Shown here piece by piece: positions 20,818 to 31,508 of a DNA stretch of 63,771 nt. Source of the DNA: a virus (lineage: Duplodnaviria > Caudoviricetes); IMG/VR virus record IMGVR_UViG_3300020471_002176, positions 1-63,771 of that record; one strand, written 5' to 3'. Each line of letters starts with the position of its first letter. Position 1 is the first letter of the stretch. The position numbers and the translations under genes were made by a program. The notes beneath the pieces are model-generated. The model was given only the letters and a program-made list of their open reading frames with translations, was not told the origin of the DNA and did no database searches.

Positions 20818-22932
20818 ATGAAAAATAGCATAATTTTATTTGTGGCGTTGCTTTTGGTGTCCTGCGAAGACAACGCGAAGACACATTCGCCAGAAGCGGC
20901 CAATCAATTTGAGGACCTAGGGAGGCTGCATATACCACCTGACGCCGCCCCTGAAGAGTCCCCGGACGCCTATCTCATTAGGCAGTGGGATTCTGCAGTG
21001 GACGCTCTTGTCGACGCAGCACCCGAGCGCGTCTGCGAGAATCTGTACGGCCGAGCACCATGTGAGATAGAGGGGTTAGTTGGTCCTTGCGCTATCGGTG
21101 AGAAAATTTGCTATTTAACACATTGGGGCCAGTGCTCACCCACAGCTTTTCCTAGACAAGAGGTGTGTAATGCAGTCGACGATGACTGTGACGGCAGGCT
21201 AAATGAGTCACCCTCTAATTTGGTAGAAGATCCGCAGATAGAGTTACTTTCTAGGGCTTGCTATACCGGTCCCCCTGGGACGCAAAAGTTTGGCCCCTGT
21301 CGCCCGGGAATCAGGCTTTGTACGCTATTAACAAGACAAACAGACGCCGGCGTAGAGGAGTACTATGGCTTTGGTGAGTGTGAGGGAGAAACGCCCCCTG
21401 GAGAGGAGCAGTGCGATTCAATTGACAATGATTGCGACGGATTGACTGATGAGGGGGTACTAAATGTCTGCAGCCAGTGCGGCCCAGACCCGATTGAGGT
21501 CTGTGACGGCGAAACAGATGAAGACTGCGATGGTTTGGTCGATGAAGGGGTTAGAAATATCTGCGATCTATGTGGCCCGGACCCAATAGAGCAGTGCGAT
21601 GGATTAGACAATGACTGTGACGATTCTGTCGATGAGGGGCTGTTAAACGATTGCGGAGAATGCGGGCCCCTTCCGCGTGAGCTTTGCGACTTTGTTGACA
21701 ACGATTGCGACGGCCATGTTGACGAGGATTTTGCTGAGGAGGTCTGTGCGTGTGACCATCCGGATTATGTACCTCAGCCCGAGATATGCAATGGCGCCGA
21801 CGAAGACTGCGACGGATTTGTTGACGAAGGGCCAAATGGCGGACCACTATCAATGCTCTGCTCTACTGATATCCTTACAAACGAGGTGTTGACTTATGAA
21901 AACCGTGCCGACGGCCCAGAATACGTAGCTGGTGATTGCAGATTGGGAGCGGCCTTCTGTGAACAGAGACGTAACGCCGACGGCGAATTACAATATGGCT
22001 ATTTCGAATGCCAGCAAGAAATAAGGCCTTCAGTCGAGCGCTGCGATAACGAGGATAACGATTGTGATGGTTCTGCGGACGAAGACTTTCAACAAGGTCG
22101 TGTTGCAGTTATGATGATCGTAGACATCTCTGGCTCAATGGACGACGGAGAGCTGGGTGCCGCTTTTGATGCTACACGAAATTCGGTCCGAAGACTGTTC
22201 AATGATGGCATCGAAGATGTGTGTTATATGCTTGCAGTTGTCGGAAACGATGATATGCCAGACCCCTACTTATCTTACCCTGGGGATAATTGCGTCCCTG
22301 GCGTAGAAGATCCGCCAATTGTGCCGATTGAGGATATGACAAACGCGGTAAATACACTCAGAAGACAGATTCAAGCTGGCGCCGTCAATCAAGGCGGAGC
22401 TTCAGAAAATACCCTCGATGCTCTAGGGAAGTTCTTCACAGACGACAGGATCGACTGGGACCGAGACGGTATCAACGATAACGTTCTCTGGAACACCAGT
22501 CGCCCAGAAGCCGCAATTCAAGGAATTGAGGACCAGTGGGAGGTTGATTTGAGTCTCTATACTCACAGGATCGCAATAGTTATCGGTGACGAGCCTGCAC
22601 AGGGGAGCGAGTTCAATAATCACGCTGCAGCTTCCGCCATGGCTCATGCAAATGGTATGGCGTTTATTATTGGAAATAGACAAAATGTTAATTCATATCA
22701 GCCATTAATTGACTTCGGCGCCGTTCATGTCGAGGGGCTGCAAGGATTTAGAAATAACAATGTGCAGCAAATAATTGATGTGGTAACCGAGGCTATCGAA
22801 GAGGCAGCTTGCATCAACAACCGACAAGGGCAGCAGGATGCAAGTCTATTCAGGCGGGGCAACTCTTCTATATACAGTTATGTGGCAAATATTTACGGGC
22901 ACTATAGTGAAAAACTTCAAATATGTTTGTAG
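20818..22932 (+). CDS. Lipoprotein with Cys/Asp-rich (MopE-like putative metal-binding) repeats and a C-terminal vWA domain
   Basis: Lipobox LLVSC; about 7 E-x-C-D/N-xx-D-x-DCDG-xx-DE repeats; MIDAS motif VDISGSM. Confidence 0.8.
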   Translation: MKNSIILFVALLLVSCEDNAKTHSPEAANQFEDLGRLHIPPDAAPEESPDAYLIRQWDSAVDALVDAAPERVCENLYGRAPCEIEGLVGPCAIGEKICYLTHWGQCSPTAFPRQEVCNAVDDDCDGRLNESPSNLVEDPQIELLSRACYTGPPGTQKFGPCRPGIRLCTLLTRQTDAGVEEYYGFGECEGETPPGEEQCDSIDNDCDGLTDEGVLNVCSQCGPDPIEVCDGETDEDCDGLVDEGVRNICDLCGPDPIEQCDGLDNDCDDSVDEGLLNDCGECGPLPRELCDFVDNDCDGHVDEDFAEEVCACDHPDYVPQPEICNGADEDCDGFVDEGPNGGPLSMLCSTDILTNEVLTYENRADGPEYVAGDCRLGAAFCEQRRNADGELQYGYFECQQEIRPSVERCDNEDNDCDGSADEDFQQGRVAVMMIVDISGSMDDGELGAAFDATRNSVRRLFNDGIEDVCYMLAVVGNDDMPDPYLSYPGDNCVPGVEDPPIVPIEDMTNAVNTLRRQIQAGAVNQGGASENTLDALGKFFTDDRIDWDRDGINDNVLWNTSRPEAAIQGIEDQWEVDLSLYTHRIAIVIGDEPAQGSEFNNHAAASAMAHANGMAFIIGNRQNVNSYQPLIDFGAVHVEGLQGFRNNNVQQIIDVVTEAIEEAACINNRQGQQDASLFRRGNSSIYSYVANIYGHYSEKLQICL

Positions 22933-23693
22933 AGAACCTGGTGATTGGCAGCTCTTACGAATCTTATTTATATAGTTTTCTAAAGGGCTACCATCACTTG
23001 AGCAACGGAGCCTTGGGTCCGCTCTTTTACGAGACAGCTAGAGTTGGGTTTTTTGGAGAAAAGAACAAGAAAGCTGCCCTGACTCACATTAAGATATTAC
23101 TGTCAATCGCAGGTAGGAGTTTTGATTTCCTAGACCTAGAAAAGATTAAAATAGAGGACTCCATGTTGCGGGTATATTCTGATTACCCTACTGTAAAATA
23201 CTCTTTTGGGTGTTGTTATATTTTCGACAAACAAAACGTAGTTCATGAAAACGAGATAGTTGGCAAACCTGAAATTATGTATAAGGTTGTAGATGATTTT
23301 GAAGTTAGAAATTTACCCAGAAGCCAGAAAACTATCCCGGCATTTAGTGAAGGCTTCTTGAAAGCTGTGAATTTTTATACGTCAGATCGTGTGCTTGGGG
23401 CGAAACATATAACTGACTGCGTAGCAGAATCTGTACTTTCAAGCGAACAAATATCCAGTTTGGAGTACTCTGATACAGTTGCTAAATTCTTGATTCAAAG
23501 CAAATTAAAATCCTTGGGGTACCTAGGTCGTATTTCCGGCAAGAGAGATAACGGAAAACACAAGTATTTGTCACCTGAAGTCACCCACGTTAACAGGTAT
23601 GTGTACAGTTTAGATCACAGCACTTATAAGAACACTGAGAGCGTGCTTTTTCTCAACTTATCGGAACACGAAATACTCAATAGTTATGTTTAG
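22923..23693 (+). CDS. Hypothetical protein
   Basis: 256 aa ORF; begins NLVIGS (degenerate Rossmann-like). Confidence 0.45.
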   Translation: MFVENLVIGSSYESYLYSFLKGYHHLSNGALGPLFYETARVGFFGEKNKKAALTHIKILLSIAGRSFDFLDLEKIKIEDSMLRVYSDYPTVKYSFGCCYIFDKQNVVHENEIVGKPEIMYKVVDDFEVRNLPRSQKTIPAFSEGFLKAVNFYTSDRVLGAKHITDCVAESVLSSEQISSLEYSDTVAKFLIQSKLKSLGYLGRISGKRDNGKHKYLSPEVTHVNRYVYSLDHSTYKNTESVLFLNLSEHEILNSYV

Positions 23694-24540
23694 CGCGACT
23701 AAAGGGAGGAATGTTGCAGGGATAATACCACTAGCAGGGTACCAAAATAATCTCGGCTCACCACTGCCAGATTACCTCCAGCTAATATCAAGCGAATATA
23801 CAGCCTTAGAAAGAAGCGTATATGAGTGTTGTTTTGCGGGATGCGACTCGATATGGATTGTATGCAATGACGATGTCAGTCCTGTGGTTCGCTCTCTCAT
23901 TGGCGACTACGTCATGAATCCGAAAATATATAAAACTTGGAATAAATTGAAAAATCACGAAGAACACAAAGAGTATATACCTGTTTTTTACGTGCCAGTT
24001 TTAAGAAAACACAGGAACAGAAGAGACAGCTTGGGCTGGTCGATATTAGATGGTTCGCTGACGGCATACAAGATCAGCAAGTCTATCACCAAATGGTCAA
24101 CACCAAGTAAATATTATGTTTCTTTCCCGTGCTCTATTTATAATCCAGAGGCGGTTTTCCCTTTTAGGGCGAAAATACGCGGCCCTGAGTCTTTTTATCT
24201 CTCACACGAGAATCAGACCGTCAAGGATGGCAAGTATTTGGGCTTCACTTTTTCGCCTGAAGATTGGCGCGTCTACAAGAAGTTCATCAGAGAAAACTGC
24301 ACAGGTGGATCCAAAGATCTGCACCCGAAAGAAAGGTGGTCTTCAAGGAACTTTAGTGTTGACAAAATATTTAATCGTGATACAATAAGCATTGATATCA
24401 AAATAGAACTAGATTCGTATTTTGATATGAATTCGTGGAATCACTTAATTGAGTACTATAGATCAGACTCAAAGTTAATGAAACCACATAAAGATATAAT
24501 AAAACCTTACAGAAAGAAAGATTGTTATGAAACAAAGTAA
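23686..24540 (+). CDS. Degenerate nucleotidyltransferase-like protein
   Basis: AGIIPLAG...P..L, GCDSIWIVC resemble the NTP-transferase N-terminus. Confidence 0.5.
   Translation: MFSATKGRNVAGIIPLAGYQNNLGSPLPDYLQLISSEYTALERSVYECCFAGCDSIWIVCNDDVSPVVRSLIGDYVMNPKIYKTWNKLKNHEEHKEYIPVFYVPVLRKHRNRRDSLGWSILDGSLTAYKISKSITKWSTPSKYYVSFPCSIYNPEAVFPFRAKIRGPESFYLSHENQTVKDGKYLGFTFSPEDWRVYKKFIRENCTGGSKDLHPKERWSSRNFSVDKIFNRDTISIDIKIELDSYFDMNSWNHLIEYYRSDSKLMKPHKDIIKPYRKKDCYETK
24359..24386 (+). promoter_or_regulatory. Internal sigma70-type promoter upstream of dnaE
   Basis: TTGACA-N16-TACAAT. Confidence 0.45.
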
Positions 24541-27500
24541 AATTAAGTTTGTAGGCCTGCACGCACATTCCGTAGCCGGCTCGCCATTTGATGCCCTGGG
24601 ATACCCGCAAGAGCATATGGATTTTGCGTATGACAACGGAATGGATGCCTTAGCGTTAACCGATCACGGAAATGCAAATGGTTTAGCCTATCAGGTTCTG
24701 CATGCAAAAAAAATGAACAAGGAGGGGAGGACCTTCAAGCCGATTTATGGCGTAGAGGCTTACTTTATTCCCTCGGTAGCAAACTGGAAAAAGGACTATG
24801 AGGAAGTGAGGGCAAATGCCAAGAGAAAGTCTGAATATGAAAAAGTCTTTTCGGGAACCCAGGTAGAAAACGAAGAATCAAAAAAGAAGATCAAGTCGGC
24901 ACTTAATCGAAGGCGACACTTGATTTTATTAGCCCAAAACCAAACAGGCTTGAAAAACATATTCAAAATGATATCAAGTTCTTATGTTGGCGATAATTTT
25001 TATCGATACCCCCGCGTTGATTACTCCCTACTCAAGAAATACAATGAAGGGGTCATAGCAGCTTCTGCGTGTCTTGGTGGGGTTTATGCCGGCGACTACT
25101 GGGAAAACAGAGACCTTGGACCCGACGCAGTATTGGAAGCTATGAGAAAAACAACATCAAAGATGAGAAGAATCTTCGGAGACAGGTGGTACGGCGAGCT
25201 GCAATGGAACAATGTTCCAGAGCAACACGACTTAAACAAGTATATAATTCAAATGCATCGCGAGACAGGCATGGAGCTCATCTCAACAGCAGATTCCCAC
25301 TACTATAACCCAGAGGTTTGGAAAGACAGGGAGTTGTACAAAAGGCTTGGTTGGCTTGGTAAAGGCCGCCCTGATTATATGTCGGAGAGTTTGCCACTAT
25401 CAGTCGAGGAAGTTGGATACGAATTGTATCCTAAAAACGGCGACCAAATGTGGGACTCGTACAAGAGATACTCTGCACTTGCAGGGGTAGAGTACGAGGA
25501 TGATTTGGTGATGCGCTCAATAACGAACACATACGATATCGCACACTCCAGAATAGAGCACTTCTTTCCGGATAACACGGTCAGACTTCCAGGATTTATT
25601 GTGCCAGAAGGCGCCTCCGCAGGTCAGACTCTCGCGGCCTTGTGTGCGGAAGGTCTGCGTAGCCTAGGCCTTGCACAGAACAAGGAATACGTTGATCGTA
25701 TTCGTTTTGAGATAGACACCATTGATTCAAGGGGTTTTTCAAAATATTTCTTAACAATGAAAGCAATTTCGGACATGGCTGTAGAGAAGCAACTCGTTGG
25801 CCCGGGCCGCGGCTCAGCGGCTGGGTCCCTTGTGTCTTACGTGTTAGGTATAACCCAAGTGGACCCGATTGTACACGGCCTTCAGTTTGAGAGGTTCTTG
25901 ACTAAAGGGGGTCAGGGTTACCCAGATATTGACTATGACGTATCTGACCCAATGGCTCTAAAAGAGTTTCTCATTGATGAGTGGGGAGATAACACAGTGG
26001 TGCCGATCACTAACTGGAACACTCTTCAGCTTAGATCTTTGATCAAGGATATATCAAAGTTTTATGGGATAAATTTCACTGAAGTTAACAATGTCACAAG
26101 CAAGATGGTTTTTGAGGCGACACCGCTAGCAAAGAAGGCCCATGGCATTTCCGCAGGGGTTTATGTCCCAACCTTTGAGGAATTGATGATGTACTCTGAA
26201 ACGCTTCAAAAATTCTTGGAAAAATACCCAGATATCAAGATTCATGTTGAAAAGTTGTATGGCCAAACAAGATCAGCAAGCCGGCATGCAGGCGGCGTGG
26301 TAATAGGTGAAAATCTTGATGAGTGGATGCCGTTAATAAACAGCGGCGGTGTGCGCCAGACTCCTTGGTCTGAAGGCCAGAATGTCCGCCACCTTGAACC
26401 CATGGGCTTCATCAAATTCGACATTTTAGGCTTGGCATCTCTTAGAATGATGGAGGGCGCCATCGAAAGGATCTTGAGGAGGCATTTCGGTGTAGAAAAT
26501 CCCTCGTTTAAAGAAATTAAAGATTTCTACGACGAAAATTTACACCCAGAAAAGATAGATCTAAAAGATGAAAAAGTTTGGCAAAACGTGTTTCACGAAG
26601 GCAAGTGGGCAGGCATCTTCCAGTTTACAGAGCCTGGCGCCCAGGCTTTTTGCAAAAATGCAAAACCAAACAACATCACAGACTTGGCAGCAATAACCAG
26701 TATTTATCGTCCTGGCCCCCTTTCGGCTGGAGTAGATAAGATGTATATAGGGGCGAAACAAAACCCAGAAGAGGTGGAATATCAAAGCAGTATCGCAAGA
26801 GAGGTCACAGAAGAGACCTATGGCTTCCTGATCTTTCAGGAGCAGATCGCCCTACTTGCACACAGGCTGGGTAAGAATCTAACCCTCGATGAGGGGAATA
26901 AGCTTCGAAAGCTCTTAACTAAGAAGGGCACTGGCGAAGTCCAAGAGAAAAAAGACAAAATTTGGTCTAAATTCCAAGAAGGTTGCTTAGAGAAGGGTAT
27001 GCCAAAGTGGCAAGCAAAGGAGCTATGGGATAAGTTCGAGTACTTTTCAGGATACGGGTTCAATAAATCGCACGCAGTCTCTTATTGCATGTTGTCTTTT
27101 CAATGTGCTTGGTTGTTAAATTATTACGAGGCCGAGTGGTTGTCAGCATTCCTAGACAAGGAGCCGGAGACGAGGAAGGAGCGAGCAATATCTACTGCTA
27201 GGTCTTTTGGATATAATATAGAGCCACTTAACGTGAATACTTCTGGTGTAGCCTGGGAAATTGCAGATGACAACTCAACACTCATACAGCCCCTCACCTC
27301 AATTAAGGGCTTAGGTTCAGTCGCTATCGACCAGATTGTCAAGAATAGACCATTCAACACAATCGAGGATTTTCTTTTCAATGCAGACATAAAGTATTCC
27401 AAACTAAACAAAAAGGCCCTTGATGCACTATGTAGAGCGCAAGCATTAAATGTTCTGGTGGATTCGAGATTCTCTGGGTTAAAGCATTTTTGGTCAGCTT

Positions 27501-27949
27501 GCGTGGTAGATCGACCCAGAAAAGAGAAGAATCTGCAAGAAAATATAGAAAAATACTACGGAGAAGGAGACTTCTCTGAAGAAGAGAAGCTTGAATACAT
27601 GGTTAGTTTGACTGGTGTTTTCCCGATCAGCGTCGTCATCACTCCTCGCGTCCGGGAGAAACTAGACGAGCTTTGTGTGCCTCCAATTTCAGAGTTTGAT
27701 GAGCAGTTGGGCGTAACCTGGTTCATACCGAGGGAATGCAAACTTAAAAAGACTAAGAACGGTAAAAAGTTTTTTGTTGTAAAAGTCATTGATGATAATA
27801 ACGAAACAAACACAATAAGGTGCTGGGGGGTCGACCCCGAGAAAGACGTGGTGCACATAAATCGTCCGTACATGGCGAGATTAAAATATGACCCTAATTG
27901 GGGATTCTCGACATTTAGTGTGAGAAAGATGTTTAAGTTACTAGGTTGA
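24527..27949 (+). CDS. dnaE: DNA polymerase III alpha subunit
   Basis: PHP domain LHAHS, ALTDHG; GPGRGSAAGS, PDIDYD, SRHAGG, KFDILGL, YGFNKSHA. Confidence 0.96.
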   Translation: MKQSKIKFVGLHAHSVAGSPFDALGYPQEHMDFAYDNGMDALALTDHGNANGLAYQVLHAKKMNKEGRTFKPIYGVEAYFIPSVANWKKDYEEVRANAKRKSEYEKVFSGTQVENEESKKKIKSALNRRRHLILLAQNQTGLKNIFKMISSSYVGDNFYRYPRVDYSLLKKYNEGVIAASACLGGVYAGDYWENRDLGPDAVLEAMRKTTSKMRRIFGDRWYGELQWNNVPEQHDLNKYIIQMHRETGMELISTADSHYYNPEVWKDRELYKRLGWLGKGRPDYMSESLPLSVEEVGYELYPKNGDQMWDSYKRYSALAGVEYEDDLVMRSITNTYDIAHSRIEHFFPDNTVRLPGFIVPEGASAGQTLAALCAEGLRSLGLAQNKEYVDRIRFEIDTIDSRGFSKYFLTMKAISDMAVEKQLVGPGRGSAAGSLVSYVLGITQVDPIVHGLQFERFLTKGGQGYPDIDYDVSDPMALKEFLIDEWGDNTVVPITNWNTLQLRSLIKDISKFYGINFTEVNNVTSKMVFEATPLAKKAHGISAGVYVPTFEELMMYSETLQKFLEKYPDIKIHVEKLYGQTRSASRHAGGVVIGENLDEWMPLINSGGVRQTPWSEGQNVRHLEPMGFIKFDILGLASLRMMEGAIERILRRHFGVENPSFKEIKDFYDENLHPEKIDLKDEKVWQNVFHEGKWAGIFQFTEPGAQAFCKNAKPNNITDLAAITSIYRPGPLSAGVDKMYIGAKQNPEEVEYQSSIAREVTEETYGFLIFQEQIALLAHRLGKNLTLDEGNKLRKLLTKKGTGEVQEKKDKIWSKFQEGCLEKGMPKWQAKELWDKFEYFSGYGFNKSHAVSYCMLSFQCAWLLNYYEAEWLSAFLDKEPETRKERAISTARSFGYNIEPLNVNTSGVAWEIADDNSTLIQPLTSIKGLGSVAIDQIVKNRPFNTIEDFLFNADIKYSKLNKKALDALCRAQALNVLVDSRFSGLKHFWSACVVDRPRKEKNLQENIEKYYGEGDFSEEEKLEYMVSLTGVFPISVVITPRVREKLDELCVPPISEFDEQLGVTWFIPRECKLKKTKNGKKFFVVKVIDDNNETNTIRCWGVDPEKDVVHINRPYMARLKYDPNWGFSTFSVRKMFKLLG

Positions 27950-27951
27950 TT

Positions 27952-28596
27952 ATGAATACGAAGATTTGCTCTAAATGTAAAAAGGCAAAGTGCCTGAATG
28001 AGTTTTACGTCCGCCGCGGCGCCAAGTACGCAGATGATGCACGTAGATCCGAATGCAAGGAATGTGGACTCCGTGCAGTTATAGAGTGGAAGAGCACCCC
28101 TGCCGGAAAAGCTTCTACTGAAAAGTATAAAAAAAGTGAAAAAGGCAAAGCCGCCAGGCAAGAGTACTACAAAAAAAATAAAGAAAAATTTAAAGAATAT
28201 AATAAGCAGTATAGAATAAAAAACAAAGATATTCTTGCAAAGAAACGGGAACAGTGGTACTCTGAAAATAGAGATGAGATTCTGGCAAAAAGAAGGTTGT
28301 GGAACCTTACGCCGGAAGGTAGATACAAGCAGTACAAATACAAGGCAAAAGAGAGAGGCCTTTCTTTTGAGTTGTCATTCGAGGAGTTTTGTAACTTGTG
28401 GAAAAAGCCTTGCACATACTGTGGTGCATCGATTGATACCATCGGAATAGACAGAGTTGACAATAACATTGGTTATAATATTAAAAATATAGTTTCTTGT
28501 TGTTCCTCCTGCAATACAAAGAAGGGGCAAATGACTTGCGAACAGTGGAATAGAATTTTGAAAAAGGAGACAAAAAATGACACTAAAAGTTTATAA
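27952..28596 (+). CDS. Free-standing HNH (homing-type) endonuclease
   Basis: CSKC/CKEC, Lys-rich helical region, CTYCG...IDRVDNNIGY...NIVSCC..CN.KKG. Confidence 0.8.
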   Translation: MNTKICSKCKKAKCLNEFYVRRGAKYADDARRSECKECGLRAVIEWKSTPAGKASTEKYKKSEKGKAARQEYYKKNKEKFKEYNKQYRIKNKDILAKKREQWYSENRDEILAKRRLWNLTPEGRYKQYKYKAKERGLSFELSFEEFCNLWKKPCTYCGASIDTIGIDRVDNNIGYNIKNIVSCCSSCNTKKGQMTCEQWNRILKKETKNDTKSL

Positions 28597-29026
28597 GGTT
28601 AGAAAAAACGCAAAGATTCCGGAAAGAGCACACCCAACAGATGCGGGGATGGACTTTTTTTTCTGCCCAGATGAAGAGGTGGCAATCACAATCCCGCCAG
28701 GCTCCAGCACGCTTTTGATGACAGGGGTCAAGGTTGAAGTGCCAGAGTCATGTATGCTTCAAATTATGAACAAATCCGGCATTGCCTCAAAGCGTTCGCT
28801 GGTGACAGGCGCCTGCGTTGTTGATAGTGGGTATGATGGAGAGATATTTGTGAATATACACAACATAGGCAAAACTCCGCAAACAATCTTACCTGGACAC
28901 AAAATAGCTCAAGGAGTTTTTGTTGAAATCCGACGCCCGATGCTCGTCGAAACGACTTCAAGTAGCGTTTATGGCAGCGAGACATCCCGCGGTCATGGCG
29001 CATTGGGCTCAACAGGAGATAAGTGA
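28577..29026 (+). CDS. dut: dUTPase
   Basis: DAGMD, KSG, VVDSGYDGEI, IAQ, RGHGALGSTG. Confidence 0.95.
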   Translation: MTLKVYKVRKNAKIPERAHPTDAGMDFFFCPDEEVAITIPPGSSTLLMTGVKVEVPESCMLQIMNKSGIASKRSLVTGACVVDSGYDGEIFVNIHNIGKTPQTILPGHKIAQGVFVEIRRPMLVETTSSSVYGSETSRGHGALGSTGDK

Positions 29027-29247
29027 TGACGTCTTTCTCAAGACAGCTACGCCGCAAAAAAAGAAACAGGTTTATGAAAACTTTCAAAAAGACTATGAAA
29101 AATTTCAAAAAGTCAGTTAAATGCTCTCAGTGCTCTCGCGAGCCCCGAGAAGGGGAGACGATCGATGCTTGGCTGATGCAAAGGTACTCTGATAGGATCT
29201 TGCTCGCATGCCCGGAGTGCTCCCAGGGGGATGAGCAAAATGTCTGA
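29023..29247 (+). CDS. Small basic Zn-ribbon protein
   Basis: CSQC and CPEC pairs. Confidence 0.5.
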   Translation: MMTSFSRQLRRKKRNRFMKTFKKTMKNFKKSVKCSQCSREPREGETIDAWLMQRYSDRILLACPECSQGDEQNV

Positions 29248-30265
29248 ACAACCTTTTCAGATGACGTTCTCATTCGACGACGTGTTGCTGGTTCCAAAGT
29301 TTAGCGACATAGGATCGAGAAAAGAGATAGACATCTCCTCACAAGTCGGAAGTCATAAATTTTCGTTACCTATAATTTCCAGCCCGATGGATACAGTTAC
29401 CGGAACAAATATGGCTAAGACTATTTTTAATCATGGTGGCCTTGGAGTTCTACATAGGTACAATACAATACACGAACAGTGCAAAATGGCCACAGACGCG
29501 GGCTCTGTTACATTGGCAGCCGCCGTCGGCGTCAGTGGAGACTTAATGGATAGGGTGGCCGCTCTGTGGACTGTAGGTGTTAAGATTGTTTGTGTTGATG
29601 TTGCTCACGGGCACCATTCAAATGTCGAGCAGGCCATAAAAAAAATTAAAGACCTGTATGCGGAAGACATGACAATAATCGCCGGCAATGTAGCCACACC
29701 AGAAGGGTTTAGTGATTTACAGTCTTGGGGCGCTGATGCGATTAGAGTTGGCATCGGCGGAGGCTCCATATGTAGTACTCGAATTCAGACAGGACACGGT
29801 ATCCCAACATTCCATTCAGTCTATGCCTGCAGTCAGGTGAAGGGGAGGGCTAGTTTGATAGCAGATGGGGGAATAAAAGCGACAGGCGACATCGTCAAAT
29901 CTATCGCCGCCGGCGCAGATTTTGTTATGCTGGGCTCGATGTTGGCAGGCACTGCCGAATCCCCAGGTGAGGTTATGAACTCCACCGGCGGCAAGAGATA
30001 CAAAGTCTATAGGGGGATGGCTTCCAGGGCTGCCCAAGAGGAATGGAGAGGCGAAGCAAGGTCGCTTGAGGGTATCTCTACGACGATACCATATAAGGGG
30101 TCTGTAGAAAATATCCTGACAGATTTAAAACAGAACATTAGAAGCGGTTTTTCGTATTCGGGAGCACGAAACAAGGAACAGTTCCAGAAATCTCCAGTCT
30201 TCATAAGGCAAACATCCTCAGGCGCCTCAGAGAGCGGCACGCATATTTTGAGTAAAAATGAGTGA
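29240..30265 (+). CDS. IMP dehydrogenase / GMP reductase family protein (no CBS domains)
   Basis: [43 protein letters not shown]. Confidence 0.9.
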   Translation: MSEQPFQMTFSFDDVLLVPKFSDIGSRKEIDISSQVGSHKFSLPIISSPMDTVTGTNMAKTIFNHGGLGVLHRYNTIHEQCKMATDAGSVTLAAAVGVSGDLMDRVAALWTVGVKIVCVDVAHGHHSNVEQAIKKIKDLYAEDMTIIAGNVATPEGFSDLQSWGADAIRVGIGGGSICSTRIQTGHGIPTFHSVYACSQVKGRASLIADGGIKATGDIVKSIAAGADFVMLGSMLAGTAESPGEVMNSTGGKRYKVYRGMASRAAQEEWRGEARSLEGISTTIPYKGSVENILTDLKQNIRSGFSYSGARNKEQFQKSPVFIRQTSSGASESGTHILSKNE

Positions 30266-30584
30266 TGATCAGTGGAGAAAATTGGTGTTCTATGAAACCA
30301 CCAGGAATTCAATAGAACTAAAGATCAGGCTTAGGTATGATTCAATTAGCCAGGGTTTGTTTTTTCGATCTCTAATCGACCGATATATCGCAGGTGACCC
30401 GAGAATTATAGAAATAGTTTCGGAGGTAAAGGAGAATAGCACTTCGATGGGTAAGAGAAACATAAAAAACTCTACAAGTGAAATCACCCAGGGAAAAGAT
30501 TTCGCAAGCGATTTGGGCCTTTCTGATCAGGAGAGACAAAAAATTTATGATATTTTAGAAACAGGAGATTGGGATTGGGAATAA
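30258..30584 (+). CDS. Hypothetical protein
   Basis: 108 aa ORF overlapping both neighbours. Confidence 0.45.
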   Translation: MSDDQWRKLVFYETTRNSIELKIRLRYDSISQGLFFRSLIDRYIAGDPRIIEIVSEVKENSTSMGKRNIKNSTSEITQGKDFASDLGLSDQERQKIYDILETGDWDWE

Positions 30585-30811
30585 AAAAACAAGAAACTTG
30601 CTGCACCTGCGAGTGTAATGGGCTGCCAAAAGAGCAGTGCAGATATTATATAGACTACGAAAAAGATGATAATTGTTGTTTAGTTGCAATAGAAAAGAAC
30701 GATAAAATGACTTTAAAACAAATATCAGAAAGATTAGGCATTAGTTTAGTTAGGGTTTCCCAGATAGAGAAAAAGGCACTGAGTAAGCTCTACAAAAAGA
30801 TAAAAATATAG
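30569..30811 (+). CDS. Stand-alone sigma70 region-4 HTH protein
   Basis: MTLKQISERLGISLVRVSQIEKKALSKL; Cys-rich N-terminus. Confidence 0.8.
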   Translation: MGLGIKKQETCCTCECNGLPKEQCRYYIDYEKDDNCCLVAIEKNDKMTLKQISERLGISLVRVSQIEKKALSKLYKKIKI

Positions 30812-30885
30812 CTTTTTTGTTATCTAAATACTATTTATTACTGTAATAAAAGCACACTTGTGTACCAACAAAAGGAGAAAAAAGA

Positions 30886-31419
30886 ATGAGTGGTAAAAAA
30901 TTGCTTTCGGAAAATACCGTGAGAAGGTTCATGCAGCTGGCTTCTATAGAGCCTTTAAGCAATAAGTTTATTGCTGAATCGCCAGCATATAAGGGAGAAT
31001 ACGACGACGATAAAGATCCGATGGAGGAGGCTCTAGAGGACGAGGAAGAACTCGAACTTGACGACGCCGACGACGAGATGGACTTAGACCCAGAACTTGG
31101 CGCCGAAGATGATGAGATGGACCTAGACCCAGAAATGGACGCCGAAGAGCCAGGTATGGCTGATATGTCTTTGACTGAGGAAGAGGCAAGAATTCTGATC
31201 GATCTTGGCAAGAGACTGGAGGAGGCTCTAGGAGAAGAGGGGGATTTGGCTGCCGATGACGATCTAGATGTTGCCCCTGTGGACGATGCCCCTGTGGATG
31301 CCGAAATGGACGCCGAAGAAGAGGTGGAAGATGAAGAAGAGCCACCTATGGCGGAATCCTTGGTTAACGAAGTCCTAAAAAGAGTGACCAAGAGAATTAT
31401 TAAAGAAAAGCTCAGATAG
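30886..31419 (+). CDS. Highly acidic protein, possibly scaffold / head-internal
   Basis: D/E-rich with duplicated DDEMDLDPE; LLSE and LVNE motifs; strong SD. Confidence 0.55.
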   Translation: MSGKKLLSENTVRRFMQLASIEPLSNKFIAESPAYKGEYDDDKDPMEEALEDEEELELDDADDEMDLDPELGAEDDEMDLDPEMDAEEPGMADMSLTEEEARILIDLGKRLEEALGEEGDLAADDDLDVAPVDDAPVDAEMDAEEEVEDEEEPPMAESLVNEVLKRVTKRIIKEKLR

Positions 31420-31446
31420 GGCAAAACTTCATGATCTCATTCTTTT

Positions 31447-31474
31447 AAAAAAAGCCGCACTTGTGCGGCTTTTT
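31447..31474 (+). terminator. Bidirectional-type terminator
   Basis: A-tract, GCCGCA-CT-TGCGGC region, then T-tract. Confidence 0.75.
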
Positions 31475-31508
31475 GTTTACTAGCTCGGCAGATCGTGATA
31501 TAATAGAC

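Noticed and set aside
14727-27949. Inteins or introns in RecA, DnaB, NrdJ or DnaE
   Set aside because: Lengths are normal and no intein motifs or frame breaks are visible.
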